A stretch of 64,000 nucleotides of DNA from Raja brachyura. Its lineage: Eukaryota. Under the pieces are notes generated by a model. That model was not told the DNA's origin. It did no database searches and saw nothing but the letters and a program-made list of their open reading frames with translations. Within the stretch, counting starts at the first letter, position 1. The number at the start of each line of letters is the position of its first letter. The position numbers and the translations under genes are program-made. Of the stretch, positions 14,210 to 27,230 are shown in pieces. The stretch covers positions 50,654,001-50,718,000 of the forward strand of contig OY740794.1 of the NCBI GenBank assembly GCA_963514005.1, written 5' to 3'.

Positions 14210-15857
14210 CCGTATTTCCTGGCAATGAAGACGCTATTTTCCACCCAAAAGGCACGAAAAATTACCTGCGTCTTGGAGGCCGATGGTTAGTTTGTTAGCC
14301 AAGAAAGATAGCCTTGGCTATACCTCAGTATAGCAACATCAAGAACGATGTTGCTGTACTGAGGGACAGCCAAGTCTATCCCTCATTGCTGGCAGCTGAT
14401 GGGAAGCGACTGTAAAGTGGGAAGCAGCTATAAAAGGACAGCTAGGGGGAGAAAGAGTTCCTTTCACAGCATGTGGGGAGTCTGGCTTGGGTCAGCACGG
14501 CTGGGCCGCCAGGGGTAAAGTTGTGGGGAGAGCAGGAACGTTGAGAAGGAGGGGGTCGGGTATCATGCCAGCAACTCACTCACCGCTGCCGAGGTGCTCC
14601 GGGCAGGGAGACGCCGCATTGTGGCCGGGGAGGGAAATAGCTCGGGTGGCTGCAAGCGGCCGCCGGGACCGAACAGCGGAACCGGCAGCCACCTCAGCCC
14701 CTTCTGCCGGCCCGCTCGCCTCTGATAGTGCACTCAGTCTGGACACCTCTCTCCTGCCACTCGCCAGCCTTGCTCATATCAGCTGCTTCTCCCGTGTCAG
14801 TGCAAGTAACCTCAATTGGTCCCTTGAACTAGTATTGTCATTCAATAAGATCACAACTGATTCAACTTGTCCCGGTGTGCTCCCATTTTTCCCACCATCT
14901 CTCCATCTGCCATCACCCTCCACCCATTCAGTTATTCAGAATGGTGGAGATCTGGAAGCCTTGGGCAAATTGAATTGCCAATCTCTCGATATCTATTTAT
15001 TTATTTATTTTAGAGCATAAAGAATTCTATGTCCCACTGTAAATTGCCCTCCCAATCTAGTATCAGTCAAAAACACTGAATCAAGCATTTGAACAACTAA
15101 TCTTTATTTTAGCAGAACACAATTACAGCTCAGCTACTCCTAACCCACCGCGGGTTCGATCCCCGTATCTGCCTGATCATGCCCTCTAGGCCTCGCTCAA
15201 ACAGAGACACTCCAGAAGGTCACGCAGTCCCAAGCGCTCGCCCAGAAGACCAATGCTGGATCTCATGGCAGCGGGCTTTTATAGGTGCCTGGATCTCGAG
15301 GGGCTGAACTACATGGGGCTGGTCACTGAACAATCTAATTACATATATCGACTAACCCCATACATAACAGACATTTCCCTAACCCAATAATACAGCAGCT
15401 TAATACATTGTATTAGAAAGAAAGCTCTAGAAGGAAGCCAACAAGCACAAACATTGAAACCTGTATCCTGAGATTCAAACAATTTCTTCAAGGCTCAATA
15501 GTTCAACCAATCATCACAACAGGACGACCGTCTTGCAACATACAATGCTTTTGCAGCGATCCAATAGAAATGATGCATTTGAGGCTAGTTTGCAAAACTG
15601 CTATACACGTTATCAATTTAAGAGAAACATGGAGAACACCTGGACCCCTCAGCATCCTGCATATCAGTCTGAGCCTCGACTGGCTGGCACCAATCAAAGT
15701 CTATAAAGTTCAGCTGACAAGGGGTAAGCAATTCTGACAAGTGCAGGGATCATCCATTTTATGGCGTCTTTAATTTAGCCAATATTAACACCGCCAGCCT
15801 TTTTTCAAAATTTAGCGACTCAAAATGGGGGTGCGTCTTCATTTCCAGGAAATACGA
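14210..15857. mobile_element. Non-autonomous Tc2/pogo-like (TcMar) DNA transposon hosting the solo LTR
   Basis: TIRs CCGTATTTCCTGGCAATGAAGACGC and GCGTCTTCATTTCCAGGAAATACGA, flanked by TA on both sides. Confidence 0.8.
15038..15790 (-). mobile_element. Solo LTR related to the ERV at 46.7-50.6 kb
   Basis: Minus strand reads TGTTAATATTGGCTAAA...AATTTACA. Shares the TATA, R and U5 blocks (gagcgcttgggactg.gtgacctt.tggagtgtctctg) with the ERV LTR. 4-bp TSD ccac/ccgc. Confidence 0.85.
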
Positions 15858-18750
15858 TAATTTCCCTACCTGAAATGTCACCTATCCATGTCTACCAGAG
15901 ATGCTACCCGACTCACTGATGTTTCTCCAGCACTGTTTTGTTTTTATGAACCAGCATTGCAACTCATCCTGTCTATTTCTGAATTATAGTTGTCAGAATA
16001 ATTTGTAGCTTTTAACTACAGTAGCCATAATTTGTATTTTAACATGATTAGTATTGATATGAACAGGCTGACAAGTTTATAGTAGTGCTTAGATGGTCAC
16101 AAAGGTCAATTCCCATTCTTTACACCCAACCTAGTCAGCATAACCTTCCACTTGCTTTTCCTTTTCAGTGCTTATCTACTTTTGCAAGATCATTTTGATA
16201 AGATAGCATAAAGATGCATTGGTATTCTCAGATAGAATAATTCATGTTAAAATTGACTACACAGCCTTGGTTTGAACTTGTAATCTAAAAAGACATTAAG
16301 CCTCATATGCTCAAGTAGCTTGTGGTTTCAGTACTGCTTTTTATAAACGCTTAATTGTTCAAAGCATCATGTGTGTACTGGTCTTGTCTGTACTTTCTCC
16401 CATTAACTGCGTGGTTTCTCCACGGGCTCTGGATTCCTCCCACACTCTAAAGACATACAGGTTTGGAGATCAATTGGCTTCGGTAAAAATCGTACATTGT
16501 CCCTGGTACGGGAATTGGTCGGCCGAAGGGCCAGTTTCACGTTGTATCACTAAACTTTAAAGTCTCTCTTTGGTTAGAGTTTTTGGCACTTTACCCAAGC
16601 AATCACTCGACTTTTCCTTGTCAACGAGAAATATTTTGGGGCAATAGGAATGCAATTTTCCATTTCATCATTTTGATATTTTGTTCCACCACATCTCTGC
16701 CTTGTCCGCTACTTAACATTTCAAGTTCAAGTTTTACATTCTTGAGGCATGATGGGCTCATATAATTCACTCCATTTCTCACAACATAGATCCAACACTG
16801 ACATACAAGTATTTATAGGGTTTTATTTTTATTTCCGGTATTTTGTACTTATTTCACAACCTTTTCTTCACTCAGTTCTGAACACCAATCTCCTAATTTC
16901 CTCCAGCTCCTCTGCCCTACAATCCTCGCTCTTATCTACCGCACTCTGTAATATGCAGCCTACTAGGCTTCTCCATCTACTTCTATCATAGAAGAGCAAG
17001 CAAATCAAATACCTTTGTGCACACAGTATCTTGGCTATGGCATGCAAAATAAACTTGCTGCTGGGTCTCTGGCAGCTCCACTTCTATGTGTTTGGACACT
17101 ATCCAGTAGTTTGGACCATCATCTTTATTGTGTTACATCTAAAATACATTGTTCAAATATATTACACTGCCTATTGGGATTTAATAATCACCTTTGAAAC
17201 AGGCTCCCTGAAGAAAATAGTTAATGAAAGGTTCATAACTTCATAAGTCTTAGGAGCAGAAATAAGCCATTCGGCCCATCGAGTTTACCCTGCCATTCAA
17301 TCATAGCTGATCTATCTTTTCCTCTCAACCCCATTCTCCTGCCTTCTCCCCGTATCCTTTGACTCCCTTACTATTCAAGAACCTATTAATCTCCACTTTA
17401 AAAATACTCAAAGGCTTGCCTTCCACAGCCGTCTACGGTAATAAAATTCCCAATTCACCACCCTCACTGTCCAAAGAATTCCTCGTCTCCTTTCTAAAAC
17501 GTACGATGATAAGGTTAAGTGATAAAAGTGGCTTAAAATACATAAAAAATACCACTTCAAAACTAAAAGATTAGCCATGTGGAGTTATGGTCTATGGTAT
17601 GGTTGGCTATTGGTGGTGTGAAAATAACAATTTGGGCAGATTAACTGATGTCAGGAGAGGCCATGTTCTGTCTGCAGTAACTAGCGTGCCAGTAGAACAC
17701 AGTGTCCAGGATCCTGCAGGGAAATGTAACAGGGCCAAGTAACAGGTGAAAAATCTGTTCCAATATTTTAGGCATAATTACTTAAGTAGAAAGGGACCAA
17801 TTGGATGAAAGAAACAGTAATTGCGACAATAATCAGATTAGATGCCAAAGAATGAACATCTGTCAGCTGATGGGTTTAAGCATATCGTATGCATAGCAAT
17901 CAAGAGAAACAAGCAAACCATATAATTTAGGAATATAATGCCACGTGATTCAAGAACTTGAAGGGAGAATAATTGATCGGAAAAATTCAGAAATGGAGGC
18001 AGGTTTGGGGGATGTCAATGGCGATGCACATTATAGAAGTATACAGTACTCACAATCAACAGATAGGAAAAAGGACACTATAATTACTGTTCTTAGTGAA
18101 AATAAAAAAGAAACAAGCCAGGCTTGGCCACTCCTAACTGCCCAGGACTTCCATGCACAGTGGGAGCCACTTGACGGCACAATGGTAGAGCTGCTGCCTT
18201 GCAGCATCAAACACCAAAGTTCGATCATGATCTCAGGTGCTCTCTGCGAGGACTTTGCACATGCCCTTTGTGACCTTAATGGTTTCCTCAGGGTGCCCCG
18301 GTTTCCTCCCACATCCCAAAAACATGCAGGTTCATAGATTTATTGGCATCACTAAATTGTCCCGCGTACATAAGGGGTAGATGCGAAATTGAGAAAAAGT
18401 CGGACTAATGTTAATGCGTGATAAATAGCCAGTGTAGACTCAGTGGGCCTTTTTTCATGCAGATGAATACTTTTGTCACGTGTCAAGTCATAGTGCAATA
18501 CTTTGTTTGCATACCCAAGGTATGCAATAGTCGCTACTTAAGGGTGCTGTGGTTGTGGCATTATACTCGGGTAAAATGCTGGGTGACATTCAAGACAAGT
18601 GTTCGCAATAAAAGGATAAATCACTTGAAAATAGGCATGGGAAAAGGTCAACCACTCACTTGACATGCAAACGATTAAAAAAATGGCCAACAATACAGGT
18701 TAAAGAGGTATTCGGGGAAAATTTACATTTGACGGATATCCAGTACTTAC

Positions 18751-18921
18751 TTTAAGCAATGCAGAGGGCCAGGGGAAACACGAGCCACCCGACCCACGCG
18801 GGCTCCATTTATTGTGCTGAGATGAACTTCTGGGATATAGAATGTAACAGATGATGACTGCAGTCTAGTTTTCACCACTTCCAGAGGACAGGTTAAAATG
18901 GCTCCCACTGTCCCCCCGCAG
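18751..18921 (-). CDS. SLC25A36: SLC25A36 coding exon 2 ([57 protein letters not shown])
   Basis: Acceptor tttttgcag, donor AA|GTAAGT, 171 nt, phase-compatible with exons 1 and 3. Contains the mitochondrial carrier signature [10 protein letters not shown]. Confidence 0.96.
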
Positions 18922-19357
18922 CTGCAAAAACAGAGAGAAATAGAATCAATTTAGTGCGGGGAAAAAGGGTCCAACACAGAAACAACCAAGTCTTTGGCAG
19001 TGTTTACAGAATGATAATGGTTCTGCAGAAAAAACTTTATACCAATGAGGATTGCAAACCAGGAAATTTCTACAGTCGCGGCCTGGATTTTGACAATTTA
19101 GCATCTTTGCACATCAAAATAAATATTATACAAATATGCAATGATACCCACATTACCCGAAGAGACAGCCAGTGTGTTGTTGCTGGACAAGTAACAGAAA
19201 GATTAAAATGGAATAATTTATTGTCCAAGTAAAAGCTGTGAATATACCAAAGAACAATTTCACTCTTTGTCCAGTACAGTGGCTTGAGTAATGACTCATA
19301 TTTAGAAAGGTCATTTGAAATCTTCTTAAGCTGTCCTTCAGGACCAAGAAATGGAAT

Positions 19358-19640
19358 GGCACAGTGGCAAAGCAGTAGAGTTGCTACCTTACAGTACCAG
19401 AGATTCAGGTTTGATCCTGATTACATGTGCTGTCTGTACAGAGTTCGCACGGTCTCCCTGTGATCGCGTGGGTTTTCTCAGAGTGCTCCGATTTCCTCCC
19501 AGACATACAGGTCTGTAGATTAATTGGCTTCAGTAAAATTATAAATTGTCCCTAATGTGTAGGTGCTAGTGTATGGGGTGACCGCTGGTCGGAGCAGACT
19601 TAGTGGACCATAGCCCCCGTTTCCACACAGTCCAAAGTCA
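19358..19640 (+). mobile_element. tRNA-derived V-SINE (HE1-like)
   Basis: Head ggcacagtggc...ggtttgatcc (A/B boxes) and V-domain gggttttctc..gtgctccg.tttcctccc. Further copies at ~12110-12390(-), 16370-16560(+), 18175-18450(+), 36855-37155(-), 43590-43870(-), 44507-44742(+), and 54308-54455 plus 56688-56845(+). Confidence 0.85.
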
Positions 19641-21440
19641 AAATGAATAACTGAAGAAGGGTCTCGACCCGAAACATCACCCATGCCTTCTCTCCAGAGA
19701 TGCTGCATGTCCTGCTTTTTTAGTTACTTCAGCTTTGTGTCTAACCTGTTCCCATTCAAGTGTTGTGGCCTCTGAGATAGATGATGAGGGCAATGTGGAA
19801 CATTACACTCTTCCAGAGATGGGGCAATAAGTGGCTGACATTGGCCCTATCCCCACTCGACTGTTTACGCGTATTGACTATTCCTACCCTACCACGTTCC
19901 CCATACATGACCTTGAGATTATCCGCACAATTCGAAATACTCCTCCACTGAGAGAGAGCATTCAAGGCCCAGAGATTCCCAGGAATTAATGAGAATGTTG
20001 CGTTTCTTGAAGGACACCGAGCACATCCTTGAATCATTTATTTGTCTGCCTAGTAATCTTTTTCCAGGAATAGAAACAAGCTTGGAATAGAATGTGTTTT
20101 AGAACATAAATTAGGAGCAGCTGTAGGCGGAGGTCTGATGTCAGACACGCTATATCGGCCACAACATGCTGTTTACAAACAAATGCAACTAGAGCTCAGC
20201 ATTGGCAATGTTGGTGTGGGAGAGGACTATCTAGTGCCATCACCAAAACAAAGTGCCCCATGCACACACACTTTGCAATATTCATTTAAAAGACAGTGGT
20301 CAATGTTTAAGGAGTAATTAATTCCTACATAAACTACAATGCTTTCTCATTTATGTACAAATTTGTCATGTTTTCAAAAATAATTTCAAATGCGTTCTGG
20401 TTTTGGTATCAGATTTTGGTATTTTTAGCTATAGCCAAGTGCTAAAATTCCATGGTGGTGAGGTACTCTCATTCGATGATCACTATTTGTCATGTGGCGT
20501 GAACCTATTTTGCCACTGATTAGCCTAAAGATTGTATAGGTCCCGTCACATGAAGGCATATTCGTTTTTAAATTGTGAAAGGAATCGAACTTAATACAAT
20601 CTAATTAACCTCAAAAGGACAACTATTATAAATGCATTGGAACAACTTGGCTGGGAGTTTCAGTTTAATTTATTGTCACATGTACCGAGGTACAGTGAAA
20701 AGCTTTTGTGCATGTAGCTGGTTTGGGGGTAAAATCTTCAGTAACAAGGTTATTGTATCCAAGGTCTCTCTAGTATTAGTTGGTGTCCAATCCTCGAAGC
20801 AATTTCTTAATTCATAGAGAGAATTGAACTGGCTACTGTGATGGTGGAAAACTAAAGGGAACACTGAGATAATCATCTAATCAGCACTTGCAGCTGAAGA
20901 CAGTTGAGAATACTTCAGCCATTTCTTTAGCATCTACTGGCTACTGCCTGCATTAAGGACAATATATTTCTAGACTCCCGCCCCTAATCTTAACTGTTCA
21001 CCACAATTAATACCAAACTTCAATCTGATCCAATGGTTATAGGATTGCTTAGATATTTAATATTATGCAGTATCTTCACTAGATTAGCCCCTCAGTGCCT
21101 CTAACAGATGTCACTCCTTGCGATGTTTGAACATGCTATTCTTCTAGATAGTGACAGTTGAATAATGGATATGCATCTCATCGATGCCCACTTTGAGGTG
21201 CAAGTTCTATTACAGCCCTATCCCATTTACTTAATTTGTAGCTGCACACAACATAACTGAGGTAGTCTTTGTGTAAAGTTAGGAAATTGTCTTTACCGGA
21301 CTGTGTGATTACCATCTTATTGCATCTGCCAAAAACAGAATGGAATAGGAGATTCACTTGCAACCTGCCATAGACCTGGCCTGCCAACTATGTCCTTCAG
21401 GACTCAGCTAGATTGATGGATATTACAGACCCCACAATAA

Positions 21441-21732
21441 AGGGCCTGTCCCACTGTACGAGGTAATTCAAGAGTTTGTCCGAGTTTCCCGATTCGAACT
21501 AGGAGAAATACGGTAATAGCCGCTCGTAGGTACTCGGGGCTCTCGTGGACATTTTTCAACATGTTGAAAAAACTTCACGGGCTACCGCGTTTCACGAGTA
21601 CCTGCTGTGGCGTTATGAGCCGCTAAGAGAAGTACCAAGCTCCGACGTATCCGCTATGTACTTACCACAATTTTGATTTTTTTTAAAAAACTCGGGAGGG
21701 CTTTTGGGTAAACTCATAGTGGGACAGGGCCT
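21441..21732. mobile_element. PIF/Harbinger-type MITE
   Basis: TIRs AGGGCCTGTCCCACT and AGTGGGACAGGGCCT; TAA TSD. Confidence 0.85.
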
Positions 21733-21812
21733 TAAGTCCACTCACTACTCTTGCTGGTTGCAATGCTTCTTCCAAATTTTGTACAACTTTGAGGAGCACA
21801 GCTAACGGAGGA

Positions 21813-21888
21813 CAATCACGTTTCCTTGCCTATGCTTGAACTCGTGCCACCAATCACGTTTCCTTGCCTATGCTTGAACTCGTGCCAC
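21813..21888. repeat. Perfect 38-bp tandem duplication
   Basis: caatcacgtttccttgcctatgcttgaactcgtgccac x2. Confidence 0.95.
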
Positions 21889-22885
21889 AAAACATCATGC
21901 AGAATACAGTCTATGTTGAGAAAAGGACTTCTTCCTGCCTGTAACTCATGGTGCTGTGACTGTAGTGGGTCCTGCAGTGGGACAAAACAAACACAAGGAT
22001 TGTGATGAAACAGTCTTGCACTCTGCCTGCAAGATATGAATCCTTACATATATGTCAGGCTGTTCATCAAATAGTCAGTGGGACAATGCTCCTATCGTCA
22101 GATGTTTGCAAAGAGGACTTTGCAAGGTTGATCGTTCTGGGAATGGCTTCGCCAAGTCAGAATTTGTTGTCTTGGAAAATGCCAGGTAGTCACCTCAATT
22201 TTATTCTTTCCAGTAAATAGATTCTTGCCTCAGTGAACAAAAACAGTTATCCTAACAGTGTCTCTTGTTGCACAAGGTGGCAACTATATCACTTTAGAAA
22301 AGTTTAAAGAATATATATATTTTAATTAGAGAAGCTCAAATATTAATAATTAACAGCTCTGCATATTTGCCGCAGCTAAGGACTGGAATTGATTTGGAAA
22401 TAAAGAAAAACACAACACCAGAATCTACATTGGATAGAAAATCAGAATGAAGACCTTCCCAACATCTATCATCTCACTTGATGCAAAGGGGGCAATACAT
22501 TAGGAAATAACACCATGCATCTAAAAGTAAATCTGCTTTTGGCAACTAAGTGATAAGAACATTATTACATCCACTAGATTCATGAATACATTTCAACACT
22601 GTAACAGAATCACTATACTGCTTCTTGCGTTTAACAAAACTGTAGAGTTTAAAAAAAAGTAAATTTATCCAAGAAGGAAAACAAGCCAAATATCCGTGAG
22701 CCATGTTTAAATACAGGGATTTCAAGACTTCAGGGGCTGAAAATTTGAACGTGGAATTTCTCAAACTTAATGGACAGGAATCTGTCAGCAACTTGTCACA
22801 GCGCTATTGCTGGAGTCGGCATAGATTTCCACACTAGAGCATGATTTATGCACACTCAAGGTTCACGTAACAGAAACAGGATATT

Positions 22886-23120
22886 AGAAACATAGAAAAT
22901 AGGTGCAGGAGTAGGTCATTCGGCCCTTCGAGCCTGCACCGCCATTCAATATGATCGTGGCTGATCATCCAACTCAGTATCCTGTACCTGCCTTCTCTCC
23001 ATACCCCCTGATCCCATTAGCCACAAGGGCCACATCTAACTCCCTTTTAAATATAGCCAACAAACTGGCCTCAACTACCTTCTGTGGCAGAGAATTCTAC
23101 AGATTCACCACTGTGTGAAA
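22886..23120 (-). mobile_element. CR1 3' end
   Basis: Same 3'UTR as 42161-42400 (tagaaacatagaaaataggtgcaggagtagg). Similar short pieces lie at 8614-8770, 17250-17500 and 50885-51070. Confidence 0.85.
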
Positions 23121-26100
23121 ATATTGTGTACATGGGGAAATTTAAGTGGCTTTTTTTTAGCATTTATGCTGTTAATAATCCACAATACAAAGTAAAAGAT
23201 AAATGGACTTTATGTACAAACAAATGTACTTATTCCAGCATGTTCCCTCGAGGCTATTGGAAACATTATTACTGATTTGACAGCTCTCCACATAGTTAAG
23301 CTTCAAGGATGAAAAATACAATGTACCGACTATGACCATGATGTAATAAAACTGGGTGCACTAACATGCCGAACAAATAGTATTAGTAAATGTGAGCACA
23401 TGACTCTTCGGCACAAGAAACAATTTAAAGGCTATTAGCCCAATTCAGGGAATTAACAGAGAACAGAAAGGCAATTCACAAGATAAAAATAGCAACATTA
23501 AAATCACTTTATTGGTGGAGGGGGGTGGGTGGGAGAGGTTTCGCAGATCAAAGACTTGTAGAGATGAGTCGGAAGAGACTTTCAGGCAACTTTCAACAAG
23601 ATCAAGAAAATAAAATGCAGGAAGGTTTGCTTATTTACAAGCAAATAAATGGAGCCATTTTTCTTGAGGTGGTAAGTTCAACATTTAAAAAAAAAAAAAT
23701 AGACAAAGCATAAGACAAACGGGACATAAGCTGAAGCACACATTTGCAGGCATCAAGGTCACCAACAGCTCTCAAAATTAGGAACTATAGGTGGTTAATT
23801 GCAACTGACCATCCAGCAAAGTTTTTAAATTAAAAATCTGGAATTATGCCCTGTACTTCTTGAGAGAAACACACTTCTTGAGAGAATACTGACACTTGGA
23901 ACACAGCTGAACTTTAAGAGCTGTGTCAAATACATGTACCCGAAATCCTTCCAAACCATGGGGTTGAGAAATAAGAATGAAGATCTCCAAAGTAAAGAAT
24001 ATCAGTGTCAGCAGACAACCGACAGGTCACTATTTAGGGTCCTTTTGGGTTTCTATAATCTGCTGAGTTGACATGGTTGGGTGTACAGCGTGTTCCATGA
24101 AGAGCTTTTCAAAATATCAAGAGTGATTATAGCCAATTATCCCTTCTTCCAAAAGTAAAGGATTTGAGTGTCAACTCAGATACTTTTACAGACACTCTAC
24201 TTCGAGTGAGTGAGTGATGAGATATCAGCCAACCTTCAAGCAAAATGTTGTAATTTTTGTTAGGAACCAAAATTACAGTTAAAGAAACCAAATAAAGATT
24301 CCAGTTTCCCTCCAGCAGTTTCTGAAAGCAAGTCTTGAGCTTTGTAGCCTTCAAATACTTTTCATTGAGCAGGTGATGACATTTATTAAAAATTAGAACT
24401 GAAATCAGGAACCAGTGAATCAGTTACCCCGATTAAAGGAGCAGGTAGACTCGCCGGCTTCATCTTAAAGTACAACTCCACGCATAATTAAGTGATGATC
24501 AAAATATGAAGAAAGTAAAGTTGGAGTCCACAAAAGTTTCTCCTACAGAATGATCAAGCTTTAATAGCCAGAGTACAAGAGAAATCTACTATGTGAAATA
24601 AGACCTTTCAGATCTGATTCCATACAGTAACATTAACTGATCTCAGCAGGATAGCAACCAAAAAGTTACCATTGCTTGCACTGCTCTTTGACTGAAACAA
24701 ATGGTTCTGTCTTATTTTACACTTCAAAATACAAGTATTATGTGAATGCTGTGAAAGAAAGTATCAGGCCCTGGGCAGAATGTTGTTCAAAGTACAACCA
24801 GCCGAGGTTACTGTCCATGCTAATGCTGAACTAAAAACGTACTAGTAGTTTTCTCCTCAAAGTCTTAGAAACTGTACCTCATTAAGTGTCGTCATATTAC
24901 AAAGAGAAGCAAAAAACACACAAAAACAATTCTCACTGTTGTAACATTAACCTAATTGTTGTAGGCTGTTTCTCAACCGTGTTGAGCTGAACAATATAGG
25001 TTTATAACATTGACCCTTTTACATAATTGAGTGCGATAAGAAACAAATTAAAATACCTGTGTGCAGCATAATCATTGGACTAATGGCACCCAGGAACAAA
25101 ATGATCTTATATCTAAATATCTAATATCTAAAACCATGGGAAACACATTCACACACATTGGGAAAATAGGCTTTCGCGTCTCATTTCCAAGTTTACAAAA
25201 AATATTATCAGCACAAAGAATTCAAACATGACCATTTGCCGTTGCAAATTATGAACTAACATTTATAGGTTTGTCATGCAACGGCAAGTTAGTACAGATA
25301 AGCAACATTTCAAATTAAACTACAGGTAATGGAAGATTAAGATCATGCCCTAACACTTTTTAAATCCATAGTTTCTGTGAAGATGGGGAATGGAATGGCT
25401 TTCTTTAATGAGACACATCAGTAATGGTATTCACCGGTGTGTGACTTACCAACAGTATAACACGTTTCCATTTCCCACAACGCATTTCGTGGCCCCCCAC
25501 TCAGATTGACAAATTATTAAGATCATGTGGCATTTTGCATTTCATATTGAATTTCAATGTAAATTGCAATTTAAATTGGACTGCATGCATTTTTACAAGA
25601 GCTCGTTTGTGTGCGTAATTATTCAACATATATTTAATAACAAACAGAAATGGTTCACTACGCAACAAATGAATGCACAACTAGGACTAGTTCTTCTCAT
25701 TAACCTCATTTTAAAGTTCACAGCAGGGACAGGACCTTCAGCCCACCATGATGTCAACTTGAGCTAATCTCATCTGCGTGCCCATGAACCATATCCCCCT
25801 ATTCTTGACGATTCATGCATTTGTCCAAATGTCTCCCAAAAGATGGTGGAAGCAGTTGTTATCTTATCTGCTTCCACCAGCTCCCCTGGCAGCACATTCC
25901 AGGCACCTATAACTGTGTAAGAAACTTGCTTTGCACATCTCCTTTAAATGTCCCCCCTCTCACACTAAAACTGTTCCCTTTAGTATATGGGATTTCTACC
26001 TGGGCTATCTACCCTCTCTGTGGTTCTCACAATTTTATACAACTTCATCGAGTCTCCCACTCAGTCTCTGATGCTCAAGAGAAAACAACCTCACCCTGGA

Positions 26101-26300
26101 GCTAATATCTTCTAATCCAGGCAGCATCCTGGTGATCCTTTTCTGCACCCTCGCCAAAGACTTCACATTCATCTTCTAATGGGGTGACCCAAACTGCACA
26201 ATGTGTGGCCTAAACAAAGTCTGAAGAAGGGCGGCTCCAGCAATGGCTGCCTCGCCAAAAGTCTGTCTGTCCTTTACTTCTTTGTGTTTTAAATGTATGT

Positions 26301-26721
26301 GAGCTGCACGGGAAGGTAGACGCTCCTGCCCTCAAGAGTCTCGGGCAGATGGGGCTCGTCAGCCTGGGAAGGCAGTCCATCTAAACTCCGATTTAAAACC
26401 TCCACTGCCTTGTGGCCATATCCAATCATGGAAAAGGCTCCAGGAGTAAACCTCAAGGTAATCCAGAGTCGGAGCCCCTAATGCGGTTCCTCGTTGTCTA
26501 CAACCTCGCTCTGGTAACTCCTGCGACGGCGCAGGTGCCAAACTGTAATGGCCCTGCTGTTCCTTTGGATTGATCAGTGACGTGGAGATGGGGGGGGGGG
26601 GGGGGGGGCGTGTGCTGCATGGGCACCAGCCTCTCCTCCACATGACATCGCCCAGGCTCGCATCCGACCAGGATGCATCACCCATGGTCAGTCATGACCG
26701 AGGGGGGCCTACTACGACTAC
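26301..26721 (+). mobile_element. Short non-autonomous RTE-derived retroposon
   Basis: RTE 5'UTR-like GATGGGGCTCGTCAGCCTGGGAAGGCAG motif, a (TAC)n-like tail and an 11-bp TSD taaatgtatgt/taaatgtacgt. Confidence 0.7.
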
Positions 26722-27230
26722 TAAATGTACGTTTTTAGTGTTCTTTAGCTTGTTTTATGTTGGGGGTGGGGGGTTGGGGAAAACTTTTTCTAATCTCTTA
26801 CCTTGATGGAGATGTGATTTTTTCCCCATATCGTATCTCCGTCCACAATGCGGCCTAACATCGAGGAACTGGCAGCCTTTGCTGGAGACTGAATTTGAGA
26901 GCTCCACTGTGTTCGCCTGCGATCTTACTATCGCGGAGCTCGCAATCCCTTTATAAGGGGTCGACCTCGGAGCGCCAACCGAAGGTGCTTGCAGACTTAA
27001 CATCATAACGTCCGCAGTCTCTGGTCAGAGACCAACTTCAGGAACTCCAAGCCGCGGGACTTTCGACCGTCCCGACGTGGGGGCTTTGGCCGCTGGAGCT
27101 TCGATCGCCCCAACGGATGATTCCTTTGCCCCAATCGCGGGAGAATAAAGAGAAAGAAAATTGGACTTTGCCTTCCATCACAGTGAAGAATGTGGAGTCC
27201 GCGGCGGTGGGTGTTGATGTTAACATCAGT

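Noticed and set aside
14487-15020. 177-aa GC-rich ORF
   Set aside because: Non-ATG start, lies inside a TIR-bounded non-autonomous transposon, low-complexity, no recognisable domain.
19358-19430. tRNA genes
   Set aside because: The tRNA-like sequences are degenerate SINE heads followed by V-domain bodies.
26301-26400. HDV-like ribozyme at the 5' end of the RTE-derived element
   Set aside because: Hairpins are present, but I could not build the nested double pseudoknot by eye.
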